Positions 18,536-27,868 of a stretch of 64,000 nt of DNA are shown piece after piece. This DNA comes from Burkholderiaceae bacterium (lineage in GTDB: Bacteria > Pseudomonadota > Gammaproteobacteria > Burkholderiales > Burkholderiaceae_E), in contig JBMSQB010000006.1 in assembly GCA_049423065.1 (NCBI GenBank), positions 4,435 to 68,434 on the forward strand, in the 5' to 3' direction. Made by a program: the position numbers and the translations under genes. The notes beneath the pieces were generated by a model that worked only from the letters and a program-made list of their open reading frames with translations, searched no databases and had not been told where the DNA came from. The stretch's first letter is position 1; each line of letters opens with the position of its first letter.

Positions 18536-19075
18536 ATCGTTACAAAAGCGCCCATAGCCGCTGAACGCGAGCACCGCATCAACGGCGAAATCACTGTTCC
18601 TGAAATCCGGTTGATTGGCCCGGAAAACCAGCCGATCGGCATCGTCAGCACCCGCGAGGCGCTGCGAATGGCGGAAGAATCTGACGTCGATCTGGTCGAG
18701 ATCGCGCCAACCGCCGTGCCGCCGGTCTGTCGTCTGATGGACTACGGCAAGTTCAAGTATCAGGAACAGAAACGAGCCCACGACGCGCGGCTCAAGCAGA
18801 AAATCATCCAGGTCAAGGAAGTGAAGTTTCGGCCGGGCACGGATGAGGGCGACTACCTGGTCAAGATGCGCAATGTGAAGCGCTTTCTCGAAGACGGTGA
18901 CAAGGCGAAGATCACGCTTCGCTTCCGTGGCCGCGAGATGGCGCATCAGGAATTCGGTGTGCGGCTGCTCGACCGCATCCGCACCGAGCTTGAAGATGTG
19001 GCCATGGTCGAGCAGATGCCCAAGCTGGAGGGGCGTCAGATGATCATGGTGATCGCACCGAAGCGGAAGAAGTAG
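18536..19075 (+). CDS. infC: Translation initiation factor IF-3, inferred non-AUG (ATC) start
   Basis: [17 protein letters not shown]...[14 protein letters not shown]...FRGREMAHQ is unmistakably IF-3. GGAGGA (18523-18528) lies 7 nt before the in-frame ATC at 18536. That start gives 13 residues before RINGEI, as in E. coli IF-3. The GTG at 18494 used by the ORF track has no SD and adds a non-conserved extension. Confidence 0.85.
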   Translation: MVTKAPIAAEREHRINGEITVPEIRLIGPENQPIGIVSTREALRMAEESDVDLVEIAPTAVPPVCRLMDYGKFKYQEQKRAHDARLKQKIIQVKEVKFRPGTDEGDYLVKMRNVKRFLEDGDKAKITLRFRGREMAHQEFGVRLLDRIRTELEDVAMVEQMPKLEGRQMIMVIAPKRKK

Positions 19076-19213
19076 CACAGGGTTTCGGTTCGGAGCGATC
19101 AGCAGAACACCAAAGCTTCCTCTGGGGAGCGGGTGAAGAAGCCGAGCGGGTTACCAAGTTCTGGCGCCGTGTCAGACACCTTGCAAGGCATTAAAAGGAA
19201 ATCGGACGGCATC

Positions 19214-19411
19214 ATGCCCAAGATGAAAACCAAGAAAAGCGCTGCGAAGCGCTTCCGCGTGCGCGGCTCCGGCAGCGTCAAGCGCGGACAGGCGTTCAAG
19301 CGCCACATCCTCACCAAGAAAACCACCAAGAACAAGCGGCAGCTTCGCGGAACCGAGGGCGTGCACAGCACGAACATGGCTTCCGTAAAAGCCATGCTGC
19401 CTTACGCATAA
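19214..19411 (+). CDS. rpmI: 50S ribosomal protein L35
   Basis: [16 protein letters not shown]... is the canonical L35 N-terminus. The track's 92-aa ORF is a spurious upstream extension. Confidence 0.95.
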   Translation: MPKMKTKKSAAKRFRVRGSGSVKRGQAFKRHILTKKTTKNKRQLRGTEGVHSTNMASVKAMLPYA

Positions 19412-19421
19412 GGAGCGCGCG

Positions 19422-19781
19422 ATGCCTCGAGTCAAACGTGGAGTCACGGCGCGCGCGCGCCACAAGAAGGTCCTGGCCCTGGCCAAGGGTTACCGCGGTC
19501 GCCGCGGCAATGTGTTTCGCATTGCCAAGCAGGCGGTCATGCGGGCGGGTCAATATGCGTATCGCGACCGCCGCAATCGCAAGCGTGTGTTCCGTGCACT
19601 CTGGATCGCCCGGATCAATGCTGCCTCGCGTGAGCATGGCTTGAGTTACAGCCGGCTCATCAACGGCTTGAACCGTGCCTCGATCGGTCTTGACCGAAAG
19701 GTGCTGGCAGAGCTCGCAGTCAACGACAAGGCGGCGTTTGCCTCCATCGTTGGCCAGGCCAAGGCGGCGCTCGCTGCCTGA
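19422..19781 (+). CDS. rplT: 50S ribosomal protein L20
   Basis: [18 protein letters not shown]...AYRDRR is canonical L20. Confidence 0.97.
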   Translation: MPRVKRGVTARARHKKVLALAKGYRGRRGNVFRIAKQAVMRAGQYAYRDRRNRKRVFRALWIARINAASREHGLSYSRLINGLNRASIGLDRKVLAELAVNDKAAFASIVGQAKAALAA

Positions 19782-19785
19782 TCGT

Positions 19786-19830
19786 CAGGGAATGCAGGCG
19801 GCCGCTTGACCCGGGCCGCCTTGCTCCCTG
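19786..19830 (+). promoter_or_regulatory. GC-rich hairpin between rplT and pheS (possible terminator/attenuator; no U-tract)
   Basis: CAGGGA..GC.AGGCGGCC pairs with GGCCGCC.T.GC..TCCCTG. It begins 5 nt after the rplT stop. Confidence 0.35.
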
Positions 19831-19913
19831 CATGTCGTCTTGCCGGAAGCAGTTGAAAGACAGGTGCCCTGTCAACAGGCGCCAGCCTCGGCTGTCTCAG
19901 GAGTCGAACCCCC

Positions 19914-20918
19914 ATGGATTCAACGCTGTCCGACCTCGTCGAGCAGGCTCGCGTAGCGCTTGCCGAGTCGGCCGACACCACGTCTCTTGCCAACGCCAAG
20001 GCGCGTTTTCTGGGGCGCGATGGAAGTCTCACTGCTCGGATGAAGGCGCTCGGGTCTTTGTCAGGCGAGCAGAAGGCGGCGGCTGGCCGAGAGCTGAATG
20101 TCGCCAAGCAGGCGATCGAGGCGCTGGTCAGTTCGCGCGAGGCGGAGATTGCGCGCGCGCAACTCGAGGCGCGTCTTGCGCAGGAATCGGTTGATGTCAC
20201 GCTCCCCGGTCGCGGGATGGGCGCGGGTGGGCTGCATCCCATCACGCTCACCATTGCGCGTATCGAGGCCATCTTTCACTCGATCGGTTTCGATGTGGCC
20301 GACGGCCCCGAAATTGAAGAGGATTTTTACAACTTCACCGCGCTCAACACGCCGGAGAACCACCCCGCGCGCTCCATGCACGACACGTTCTATGTGGAGG
20401 GCGGGCTCCTGCTTCGCACCCATACCTCGCCCGTGCAGGTGCGGTATGCGCGCATGCATCCGCCGCCCATTCGGGTGATCGCGCCGGGCAAAACCTACCG
20501 GGTGGATTCCGATGCCACGCATTCGCCCATGTTTCACCAGTTCGAGGGGCTGTGGATCGACGAGGACATCAGCTTCGCCGACCTGAAGAGCGTTTACTCC
20601 GATTTCCTGCGACGCTTTTTCGAAAGCGATTCGCTAGATGTTCGGTTCCGGCCGTCGTATTTCCCGTTTACCGAGCCCTCGGCCGAGATCGATATCCGCT
20701 TTCCCGATGGCCCGCTTGCCGGCCGTTGGCTGGAAGTGAGCGGGTCGGGACAGGTGCACCCGAATGTCGTTCGCAATTTCGGGCTGGATCCCGAGCGCTG
20801 GGTTGGCTTTGCATTTGGCTCGGGGATCGAGCGTTTGGCAATGCTTCGCTACGGCATTGGCGACCTTCGACTCTTTTACGAAAACGATCTGCGTTTCCTT
20901 CAGCAGTTCAACCGATAG
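19914..20918 (+). CDS. pheS: Phenylalanine--tRNA ligase alpha subunit
   Basis: [28 protein letters not shown] and FPFTEPSAE class II motifs. Confidence 0.97.
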   Translation: MDSTLSDLVEQARVALAESADTTSLANAKARFLGRDGSLTARMKALGSLSGEQKAAAGRELNVAKQAIEALVSSREAEIARAQLEARLAQESVDVTLPGRGMGAGGLHPITLTIARIEAIFHSIGFDVADGPEIEEDFYNFTALNTPENHPARSMHDTFYVEGGLLLRTHTSPVQVRYARMHPPPIRVIAPGKTYRVDSDATHSPMFHQFEGLWIDEDISFADLKSVYSDFLRRFFESDSLDVRFRPSYFPFTEPSAEIDIRFPDGPLAGRWLEVSGSGQVHPNVVRNFGLDPERWVGFAFGSGIERLAMLRYGIGDLRLFYENDLRFLQQFNR

Positions 20919-20929
20919 GATTTCCCCGA

Positions 20930-23332
20930 ATGCGCGTACCCGAAAGCTGGCTGCGCAGTTTCGTCGCCACCGACTGGTCAGCCGATACCATCGCCGAGCG
21001 GCTCACCATGGCCGGGCTCGAGGTCGAGGAGGCGGCTGCGGCGGCGCCCCCATTCGAGCGGGTGGTGGTTGCCGAGGTCCGCTCGGTTCGCCCACATCCC
21101 AACGCTGATCGGCTGCGCGTCTGCGAGGTCGATACGGGTGAGGGACTCGCCACCATCGTGTGCGGGGCGCCCAATGTGGCGCAGGGCATGCGTGTGCCGT
21201 GCGCGCTGCCGGGCGCGGTGCTGCCTGGCGGCCTCACGATCAAGCCCACCACCATGCGGGGCGTGGAAAGTCAGGGCATGCTGTGCTCGGCGCGCGAACT
21301 GGGTCTGTCCGAAGACCACGCGGGCTTGCTTGCGCTCGACTCCGATGCGCCGGTTGGGCAGTCGCTTCGCGCCTGGCTCGAGCTCAATGAAACCGTTTGG
21401 CTCCTGAAGCTCACGCCCAATCTCGCCCACTGCATGAGTATTTTCGGGGTGGCGCGCGAGTTGGCTGCACTGTCGGGTGCCACGTTGGCGGCGCCACGCT
21501 TCGATCCGGTGCCAGTCACCATCGCCGATCGACTGCCGGTACGCATTGAAGCGCCCGATCTGTGTGGCCGATTCTCCGGCAGGATCATTCGCGGTGTGAA
21601 CGCGCGGGCGACTACGCCAGGCTGGATGCGTCGCAGGCTCGAGCGGGCGGGGCAGCGCAGCGTTTCGGCGCTGGTCGATATCTCCAACTATGTGATGCTT
21701 GAGCTCGGCCGGCCCTCCCATGTGTTCGACCTCGCACGCATCCACGGTGGGCTGTCGGTACGGTGGGCGAGGGCGGGGGAGTCGCTCGAACTGTTGAATG
21801 GCCAGACGGTGGCGCTCGCGCCCGACGTGGGTGTCATTGCCGATGAGGCGCAGGTCGAGAGTCTTGCCGGGATCATGGGCGGAAACGCCACAGCGGTGTC
21901 TGATGACACGCGCGACATCTACCTCGAGGCGGCTTTCTGGTGGCCTGCCGCAGTGGCCGGACGGGCGCGACGCTACAACTTCGCGACCGAAGCTGGATCA
22001 CGCTTCGAGCGCGGTGTCGATGCCAGCACCACTGTCGAACACATTGAACGGATCAGCCAGCTCATTCTCGAGATCTGCGGCGGTGCTGCCGGCCCAATCG
22101 ATGACACGATCACTGCCCTGCCAGACCGCGCGCCGGTGGCTTTGCGCGTGGATCGCGCGAGGAAGATCATTGGCGCACCGATCGGCGCCGACGACATCGC
22201 CCAATGCTTCACCCGCCTCGGTTTGTCGTTTGTGCGCGAGGCAGATCGTTTCGTGGTTCAGCCACCCGCGCATCGCTTCGATCTGCAGATCGAGGAAGAC
22301 CTGATCGAAGAAGTCGCCCGGCTCTGGGGCTTTGATCGGTTGCCCATGCGACCGCCGCGCGCGCCGTCACCCATGCGGCCCGTGACCGAGTCACGACGCC
22401 CGGTGCTGGCAATCAAGCAGGCGCTGGCGGCTCGCGACTATCAGGAAGTCATCACCTACAGTTTTGTCGAGTCGTCGCTCGATGCGAAGCTGTCAGGGCG
22501 GCCGCCGGTCAGGTTGCTCAATCCCATTGCAGCGCAGATGAATGTGATGCGCACCACGCTTTGGGGCGGGCTGATTGAGACCTTGCGCGCCAACCTCAAC
22601 CGCAAGGCCACGCGGGTGCGTCTGTTCGAAGTGGGCCGCGTGTTTGAGCCCGATGCGACCGTGCAGTCGGGGCCGCTTGCTGTGCCTGGCATTTCGCAAC
22701 CCTGGCGGGTGGCGGCGCTGGCCTTTGGTGCCGTTGCGCCCGAGCAGTGGGGCCTGCCCCATCGGGCGGTTGATTTTCATGATCTGAAGGCTGACCTGGA
22801 ACGACTGTGCTCGCCGCTTCAGCCAGAGTTTGTTGCAGCTTCCCATCCGGCGCTTCACCCTGGGCGGTGCGCCCAGTTGCTGGTCAAGGGGCAGTCGATC
22901 GGCTTTATTGGCGAACTGCATCCTGCCCTGCAACAGGCGCTTGAGCTGTCGTCGGCACCCGTGCTGTTTGAAGTCGACCTTGAGGTGTTGCGTCATCGGT
23001 CGGTTACCGTGCACGCCGATGCCTCCAGGTTTCCTGCGGTGTTGCGCGACATTGCGTTGATCGTGCCCATCGATCTGCCCGCTGCCAGGGTCGAGAAGAC
23101 GCTCCTCCAGACCGCTCGTGAAGAGGCCGATGCCGCCATCATCCAGCAGGTTGTCCTGTTTGATGAATACCGCGGTAAGGGCTTGGAAAATAAGGAGAAA
23201 AGTCTTGCGTTCCGGTTGCGGATGCAAGATACTGCCCGCACGCTGAGTGATGCTGAGGCGCAGCGCGCGGTTCAGGCGGTGGTGGCTCGCGCCGAACGCG
23301 AACTGGGTGCGCGGCTGCGCGCTGGCACCTGA
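20930..23332 (+). CDS. pheT: Phenylalanine--tRNA ligase beta subunit
   Basis: MRVPESWLRSFV... canonical N-terminus at the ATG at 20930, with tRNA-binding, B3/4, B5 and FDX-ACB-like regions following. The track's start at 20552 overlaps pheS and is rejected. Confidence 0.97.
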   Translation: MRVPESWLRSFVATDWSADTIAERLTMAGLEVEEAAAAAPPFERVVVAEVRSVRPHPNADRLRVCEVDTGEGLATIVCGAPNVAQGMRVPCALPGAVLPGGLTIKPTTMRGVESQGMLCSARELGLSEDHAGLLALDSDAPVGQSLRAWLELNETVWLLKLTPNLAHCMSIFGVARELAALSGATLAAPRFDPVPVTIADRLPVRIEAPDLCGRFSGRIIRGVNARATTPGWMRRRLERAGQRSVSALVDISNYVMLELGRPSHVFDLARIHGGLSVRWARAGESLELLNGQTVALAPDVGVIADEAQVESLAGIMGGNATAVSDDTRDIYLEAAFWWPAAVAGRARRYNFATEAGSRFERGVDASTTVEHIERISQLILEICGGAAGPIDDTITALPDRAPVALRVDRARKIIGAPIGADDIAQCFTRLGLSFVREADRFVVQPPAHRFDLQIEEDLIEEVARLWGFDRLPMRPPRAPSPMRPVTESRRPVLAIKQALAARDYQEVITYSFVESSLDAKLSGRPPVRLLNPIAAQMNVMRTTLWGGLIETLRANLNRKATRVRLFEVGRVFEPDATVQSGPLAVPGISQPWRVAALAFGAVAPEQWGLPHRAVDFHDLKADLERLCSPLQPEFVAASHPALHPGRCAQLLVKGQSIGFIGELHPALQQALELSSAPVLFEVDLEVLRHRSVTVHADASRFPAVLRDIALIVPIDLPAARVEKTLLQTAREEADAAIIQQVVLFDEYRGKGLENKEKSLAFRLRMQDTARTLSDAEAQRAVQAVVARAERELGARLRAGT

Positions 23333-23354
23333 TGCCCGGGAGTAGCCCCTGCCT

Positions 23355-23795
23355 ATGAGTCAAGACATCGTCCTGCCCCCTTCCGGGTCGTCGGCGCCCG
23401 GCGGCGGCGATTCGGGTTCCAGTGCCCCGATCAATGGCCCGCTGCTGTCCGACAGCACGGTGCTTTCATTCGAGCCGGTATCGTTCGGGCCGGCGTTCAC
23501 GCTCACCAAGGCCGAGTTGTCAGAGATGCTGTTCGAGCGCGTGGGGCTCAACAAGCGTGAAGCCAAGGACATGGTGGAGACCTTCTTCGAGGAAATCCGC
23601 GATGCGCTGGTGCGCGGGGAATCGGTGAAGCTCTCCGGATTCGGCAACTTCCAACTGCGTGACAAGCCCCAGCGGCCGGGGCGCAACCCCAAGACCGGTG
23701 AGTCGATTCCCATCTCGGCGCGCCGCGTCGTCACGTTTCACGCAAGCCAGAAGCTGAAGGCCCAGATCGAGCTGGGTGGCGGTTCGGGCAGCTAA
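23355..23795 (+). CDS. ihfA: Integration host factor alpha subunit with an N-terminal Ser/Gly/Pro-rich extension of about 47 aa (start uncertain)
   Basis: The core [32 protein letters not shown]...[22 protein letters not shown] is canonical IHF-alpha. The upstream 47 codons have coding-like GC3, and there is no in-frame ATG closer to the core. Confidence 0.88.
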   Translation: MSQDIVLPPSGSSAPGGGDSGSSAPINGPLLSDSTVLSFEPVSFGPAFTLTKAELSEMLFERVGLNKREAKDMVETFFEEIRDALVRGESVKLSGFGNFQLRDKPQRPGRNPKTGESIPISARRVVTFHASQKLKAQIELGGGSGS

Positions 23796-23810
23796 ACGAC
23801 GGCGCCGCCC

Positions 23811-24383
23811 ATGAACGGAAAACCTGACGCTCAGGTGGCGTTGCCGCCCATTCCCGCCAAGCGTTACTTCACCATCGGCGAAGTCAGCGAGCTGTGCGGG
23901 GTCAAGCCGCATGTGCTGCGCTACTGGGAACAGGAATTCACGCAGCTGCGCCCAATGAAGCGACGCGGCAACCGGCGTTATTACCAGCACCATGAGGTCT
24001 TGCTGGTGCGGCGCATTCGTGAACTGCTTTACGAGGAAGGCTTCACGATCAACGGCGCGCGGAATCGTCTGAGCGAAATGAGCGGCAGTCGCGTGCGGTC
24101 GGGGTCGGCGGCCGTTGATGAGTCGGTGGCAACGCAAGGTGATGAACTGCACGCGGGGCTGACGGCGGCGCCGTTGGGTGGCGGTCGGTTGGTGGCGGGT
24201 TCGGTGGTGTCGCCAGCCGCATCGACGCCATCGCATTCGCTTGCATCAGGGCCGGAGGCTGCGGGTTCGACGCGACGCCGATCCGCAACCGCGCAGCACG
24301 CGCTGCCTTTCTCGACCGATGAATCGGATGGACAACAGGCGGTTCGCGAAGCCCTCAGGCAGGCGCTCGATCTGCTTCGCTGA
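23811..24383 (+). CDS. MerR-family transcriptional regulator (the type conserved downstream of ihfA)
   Basis: YFTIGEVSELCGVKPHVLRYWEQEF...RRGNRRYY is an HTH MerR motif. The low-complexity C-terminal half is Ala/Ser/Gly-rich. Confidence 0.85.
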   Translation: MNGKPDAQVALPPIPAKRYFTIGEVSELCGVKPHVLRYWEQEFTQLRPMKRRGNRRYYQHHEVLLVRRIRELLYEEGFTINGARNRLSEMSGSRVRSGSAAVDESVATQGDELHAGLTAAPLGGGRLVAGSVVSPAASTPSHSLASGPEAAGSTRRRSATAQHALPFSTDESDGQQAVREALRQALDLLR

Positions 24384-24389
24384 TATAAT
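24381..24389 (+). promoter_or_regulatory. Extended -10 promoter element (TGaTATAAT) for tRNA-Pro, overlapping the merR-family stop codon
   Basis: A perfect TATAAT at 24384-24389 is preceded by TG at 24381-24382. It ends 10 nt upstream of the mature tRNA-Pro 5' end. Confidence 0.4.
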
Positions 24390-24398
24390 CATCGGCTT

Positions 24399-24475
24399 CG
24401 GGGTGTAGCGCAGCCTGGTAGCGCACTTGCATGGGGTGCAAGGGGTCGCGAGTTCGAATCCCGCCACCCCGACCA
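24399..24475 (+). tRNA. tRNA-Pro (anticodon GGG), encoded CCA
   Basis: Acceptor CGGGGTG/CACCCCG, D-arm GCGC..GCGC, anticodon stem CTTGC/GCAAG with loop ATGGGGT, T-arm GCGAG-TTCGAAT-CCCGC (one A:C mismatch at 52:62), discriminator A, then CCA. Confidence 0.9.
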
Positions 24476-24483
24476 TGTATGAC

Positions 24484-24523
24484 AACGGGCCGGTCCTCAC
24501 AAGGGATTCGGCCCGTTTCTTTT
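24484..24523 (+). terminator. Rho-independent terminator after tRNA-Pro
   Basis: AACGGGCCG...CGGCCCGTT stem followed by TTCTTTT. Confidence 0.7.
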
Positions 24524-24681
24524 GGTGCGGCGTGTTCTGGCTGTCGGGTTCTGCTGTTGTCTCGCAGGATGGCTCGCGCGCTTGCAGCACCGGGTAATCC
24601 TCGGAAGAATGCGGTGACTGGCCTCTCCCGTCTGGGGGCGGCCCCGCCCGCTCCTTGCGCACCCACCCGGTTCCCTCGCCC

Positions 24682-25659
24682 ATGCCTGCCATTCCGCTTG
24701 TTGATCTGCATGCAGCATCCTCCGACCGCGGGGTGCGCAGCCGCGTTGCCACCGACCTCCATCGTGCGCTCGCCACCACCGGTTTCGCCTACATCGTTGG
24801 CCATGGCGTGGCCCAGGCGTCGCTGGACGCTGCATTCGAGGCCTCGCGAGCGTTTCATGCCTCGTCGATGGAGAAGAAGCAATCAATCGCGATCAACCGC
24901 TTTCATCGTGGCTACATGGGCATGGCCACCTCTACCATCGTGACCTCATCGGTTGCACAAGTGCGGCGACCGAACCTGAGCGAGTCGCTCATGCTGATGC
25001 ATGAACTCGCGCCTGACGATCCCGATTTTCTGGCGGGCAAGCCCATGCAGGGGCCGAATCAGTGGCCAGACTGGCTGCCCGGATTCCGGCAGCCGATCGA
25101 GGCCTACATTGCCGATGTGGACGCTGTCGCCCGTCTCATCATCAAGACCATCGCGCTATCGCTTGAACTACCGGATGACGCGCTCGATCCGTTTTTTGCG
25201 CGCCCCACCACCTTTCTGCGGCTCCTGCACTATCCGCCGCAGCCGCCGGCATCGCCCGATGACCAGTTCGGCTCGGCCCCGCACACCGACTACGGCATCA
25301 TCACTGTGCTCGCGCAGGATGCCACCGGCGGGTTGCAGGTGCGGCCACGCGGTTCCGCAGAGTGGATCGATGCGCCGCCGATCGAGGGTGCGTATGTGCT
25401 CAATGTTGCCGACATGCTTGCGCGCTGGACCAACGACCGGTTCGTTTCCACACCGCATCGCGTGATCAACCGGTCGGGGCAGGAGCGGTATTCGATTCCG
25501 TATTTCTTCGATACCGACATGAACGCGATGATCGAGTGCCTGCCTACCTGTGTCAGCCCCGAGCATCCCGCACGTCATCCGCCAGTGCGCTATGGCGACT
25601 ATCTGATCGAGCGACTCGACCGCAATTACGAGTACCGCAACAAGGCCGAGGCGCGTTGA
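24682..25659 (+). CDS. 2-oxoglutarate/Fe(II)-dependent oxygenase (isopenicillin-N-synthase-like family)
   Basis: MPAIPLVDL... N-terminal DIOX_N-like segment, HTDYG (HxD) and a later STPHRV His. Start set at the ATG at 24682. Confidence 0.85.
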   Translation: MPAIPLVDLHAASSDRGVRSRVATDLHRALATTGFAYIVGHGVAQASLDAAFEASRAFHASSMEKKQSIAINRFHRGYMGMATSTIVTSSVAQVRRPNLSESLMLMHELAPDDPDFLAGKPMQGPNQWPDWLPGFRQPIEAYIADVDAVARLIIKTIALSLELPDDALDPFFARPTTFLRLLHYPPQPPASPDDQFGSAPHTDYGIITVLAQDATGGLQVRPRGSAEWIDAPPIEGAYVLNVADMLARWTNDRFVSTPHRVINRSGQERYSIPYFFDTDMNAMIECLPTCVSPEHPARHPPVRYGDYLIERLDRNYEYRNKAEAR

Positions 25660-25707
25660 TTCGGACCTGATCCTTCCACCGCTGTTCCATCCATCCAAGG
25701 AGCCCTG

Positions 25708-26760
25708 ATGAACATTCCCTTCGACCGCAGGCAATGGCTGCTATCGAGCGCTGCGTTGGCAGGCTCCGCCTCGCTGGCGCTGCCCACGCTGTCGGCCGCG
25801 CAGCAGGCCAAGCTGATTATCAACACCTACGGTGGTCGCTGGGAGAAGTTCTGGCGCGGAACACTGATTCCGCCCTTTGCCAAGTCAACCGGCATCGAGC
25901 CCACGCTTGACATCGGGCTGGGCAAGAATTTTGTTGCCAACATCCGTGCGGCGGGAACCGGTCCCGCGCCCTACAGCATCGTCATGATCAACGAGAACAT
26001 TGCAAGCCTGGTGCGCTCGGAGGGCTTCTTCGAGCCGATTCCGGCAGCGAAGGTTCCGAACCTTGCCAATGTGTATCCCAATCTGCGCAACGCCGGCGAT
26101 AACGGCGTACGCGGCATCATCTCCGCGATCGGGATCGGGTACCGCAAGGACCTGGTGAAGAAGCCCCCCACGTCCTGGACCGATCTCTGGACCAACCCGG
26201 AATTCAAGGGAAAGATCGGTCTCTATCAGATTGGCAACACGGCGGCGATGCTGTTCCTGCTGATGACCGCACGGATCTACGGTGGATCTGAACTCGCGAT
26301 TGATCGCGCGTTCGCGGAAATTAAAAAGCTGCTGCCGTTTCAGCAGGCCGACTGGAGTGGCACGGTTGCCACCCAACTGACCCGTGGCGATGTCAGCGTG
26401 GCGGTGATCGACTTTCCCGAGATCGTCGCGCTGAAGAAGAAGGGCGTGCCCGTGGAAATGGTGGTGCCGAAGGAGGGCGTGGTGGCCTTCGAGCAGTCGT
26501 TCAATATTTTGAAGAATGGTCCGGCCAAGGAAGCGGCCTACCAGTATCTCAATTACATCCTCGATCCCAAGGTGCAGGAGGCAATGGCAGCCGAGTTCTT
26601 CACCTCGCCCAGCAACACCAGGGCACAGATCTCGGGTGCGCTGGCGGCCGACGTTCCGGTCAATGGTCCAGCCATGGCGTCCATCGTCCAGTTCGACTGG
26701 TCCAAGATCAACCCGATGGTGGGTGAGATTACGGACCGTTGGAATCGCGAGATGAAATGA
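25708..26760 (+). CDS. ABC transporter periplasmic substrate-binding protein (PotD/PotF-like)
   Basis: Tat-like signal (DRRQWLLSSAALAGSASLALP) on a family-1 solute-binding-protein-like sequence. First gene of a four-gene ABC set. Confidence 0.8.
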   Translation: MNIPFDRRQWLLSSAALAGSASLALPTLSAAQQAKLIINTYGGRWEKFWRGTLIPPFAKSTGIEPTLDIGLGKNFVANIRAAGTGPAPYSIVMINENIASLVRSEGFFEPIPAAKVPNLANVYPNLRNAGDNGVRGIISAIGIGYRKDLVKKPPTSWTDLWTNPEFKGKIGLYQIGNTAAMLFLLMTARIYGGSELAIDRAFAEIKKLLPFQQADWSGTVATQLTRGDVSVAVIDFPEIVALKKKGVPVEMVVPKEGVVAFEQSFNILKNGPAKEAAYQYLNYILDPKVQEAMAAEFFTSPSNTRAQISGALAADVPVNGPAMASIVQFDWSKINPMVGEITDRWNREMK

Positions 26761-26791
26761 CCAGGTTCCCTGCAGCTTTTGGGTTGGTTCG

Positions 26792-27868
26792 ATGACCCGG
26801 CTTGTCATCGAGCGACTGGAGAAACGGTTCGGCAACGTCGCAGCACTGAAGTCACTGTCGCTCAGGGTGGAGGAGGGGGAACTGATCTCGCTCCTTGGCC
26901 CGAGCGGCTGCGGCAAAACCACGACCTTGCGCTGTGTGGCGGGTTTCGAGCAGCCCGACGCGGGCGAGATTCTGTTTGACGCGCAGAACATCACGCAACT
27001 GCCGCCTGAGCGGCGCGACATCGGCATGGTGTTTCAGAACTACGCGCTGTTTCCGCACATGACGGTGTCGCAAAACCTGGCCTTCGGGCTGGAAATGCGC
27101 AAGGTGTCGCAGGCAAATGTTGCGGAGCGCGTGAAACAGGCGCTTCGGATGGTGCAGCTCGAAGCCATGCTGGATCGCTACCCCCGTCAGCTTTCCGGAG
27201 GGCAGCAGCAACGGGTCGCCCTGGCACGCGCGCTCGTGATCGAGCCGCGCATGCTGTTGCTCGATGAACCCTTGGCCAACCTCGATGCAAGTCTGCGCGA
27301 GGAAATGCGATTCTTCATTCGTGATCTTCAGCAACGCGTGGGGATCACCACGCTCTACGTCACGCATGACCAGTCGGAAGCGATGGTGATGTCCGATCGG
27401 GTGGTGGTGATGTTCAGCGGCGAGATCGCGCAGGTGGGCCCGCCGCGCGACCTTTATGCGCGCCCGGCCAGTCGGGAGGTGGCGCAATTCATCGGGCGGA
27501 CCCAGTTCGTGAGCGCAACGGTGCTCGCGCGCCGCGATGCCGCGCACGTTGAACTCGATACGCCGCTCGGAACACTGGTCACGCCCGCCGATCCTTCGCT
27601 TGCCGTGGGGCAGCAGGCGTTGCTGGTGGTCAGGCCCGAAGCGCTTCGGCTGGAAGCGTCTGTGCAGACTGGCGCTCAGGCGCGTCAGGGGCAGGTCATC
27701 CGCACCTACTTCCTGGGTGGAAGCGTCGAGCATGTGCTGTCGTTTGCGGGCGGAGTCACCCTTTTTGCGCACACCGCGCCGGGCTCGGACATTGCAGCCG
27801 GCGCGCAGGCCACGCTCGGCATCGATGAGCGCCAGCTCTGGGCGCTTCCCGCATCTGGGGTGGCATGA
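26792..27868 (+). CDS. ABC transporter ATP-binding protein (PotA-like)
   Basis: Walker A GPSGCGKTT, signature LSGGQQQRVALARAL, Walker B LLLDEPLA, and a TOBE-like C-terminus. Confidence 0.9.
   Translation: MTRLVIERLEKRFGNVAALKSLSLRVEEGELISLLGPSGCGKTTTLRCVAGFEQPDAGEILFDAQNITQLPPERRDIGMVFQNYALFPHMTVSQNLAFGLEMRKVSQANVAERVKQALRMVQLEAMLDRYPRQLSGGQQQRVALARALVIEPRMLLLDEPLANLDASLREEMRFFIRDLQQRVGITTLYVTHDQSEAMVMSDRVVVMFSGEIAQVGPPRDLYARPASREVAQFIGRTQFVSATVLARRDAAHVELDTPLGTLVTPADPSLAVGQQALLVVRPEALRLEASVQTGAQARQGQVIRTYFLGGSVEHVLSFAGGVTLFAHTAPGSDIAAGAQATLGIDERQLWALPASGVA

Noticed and set aside
19832-19913. pheM-like Phe-rich leader peptide upstream of pheS
   Set aside because: The only ATG-initiated frame here ([11 protein letters not shown]...) contains no Phe run and continues for 120 codons into pheS out of frame. 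It is not a leader-peptide attenuator of the E. coli type.
20552-20929. Upstream 126-codon extension of pheT in the ORF track
   Set aside because: It overlaps the 3' third of pheS in another frame. The canonical PheT N-terminus MRVPESWL begins at the ATG at 20930, 12 nt after the pheS stop.
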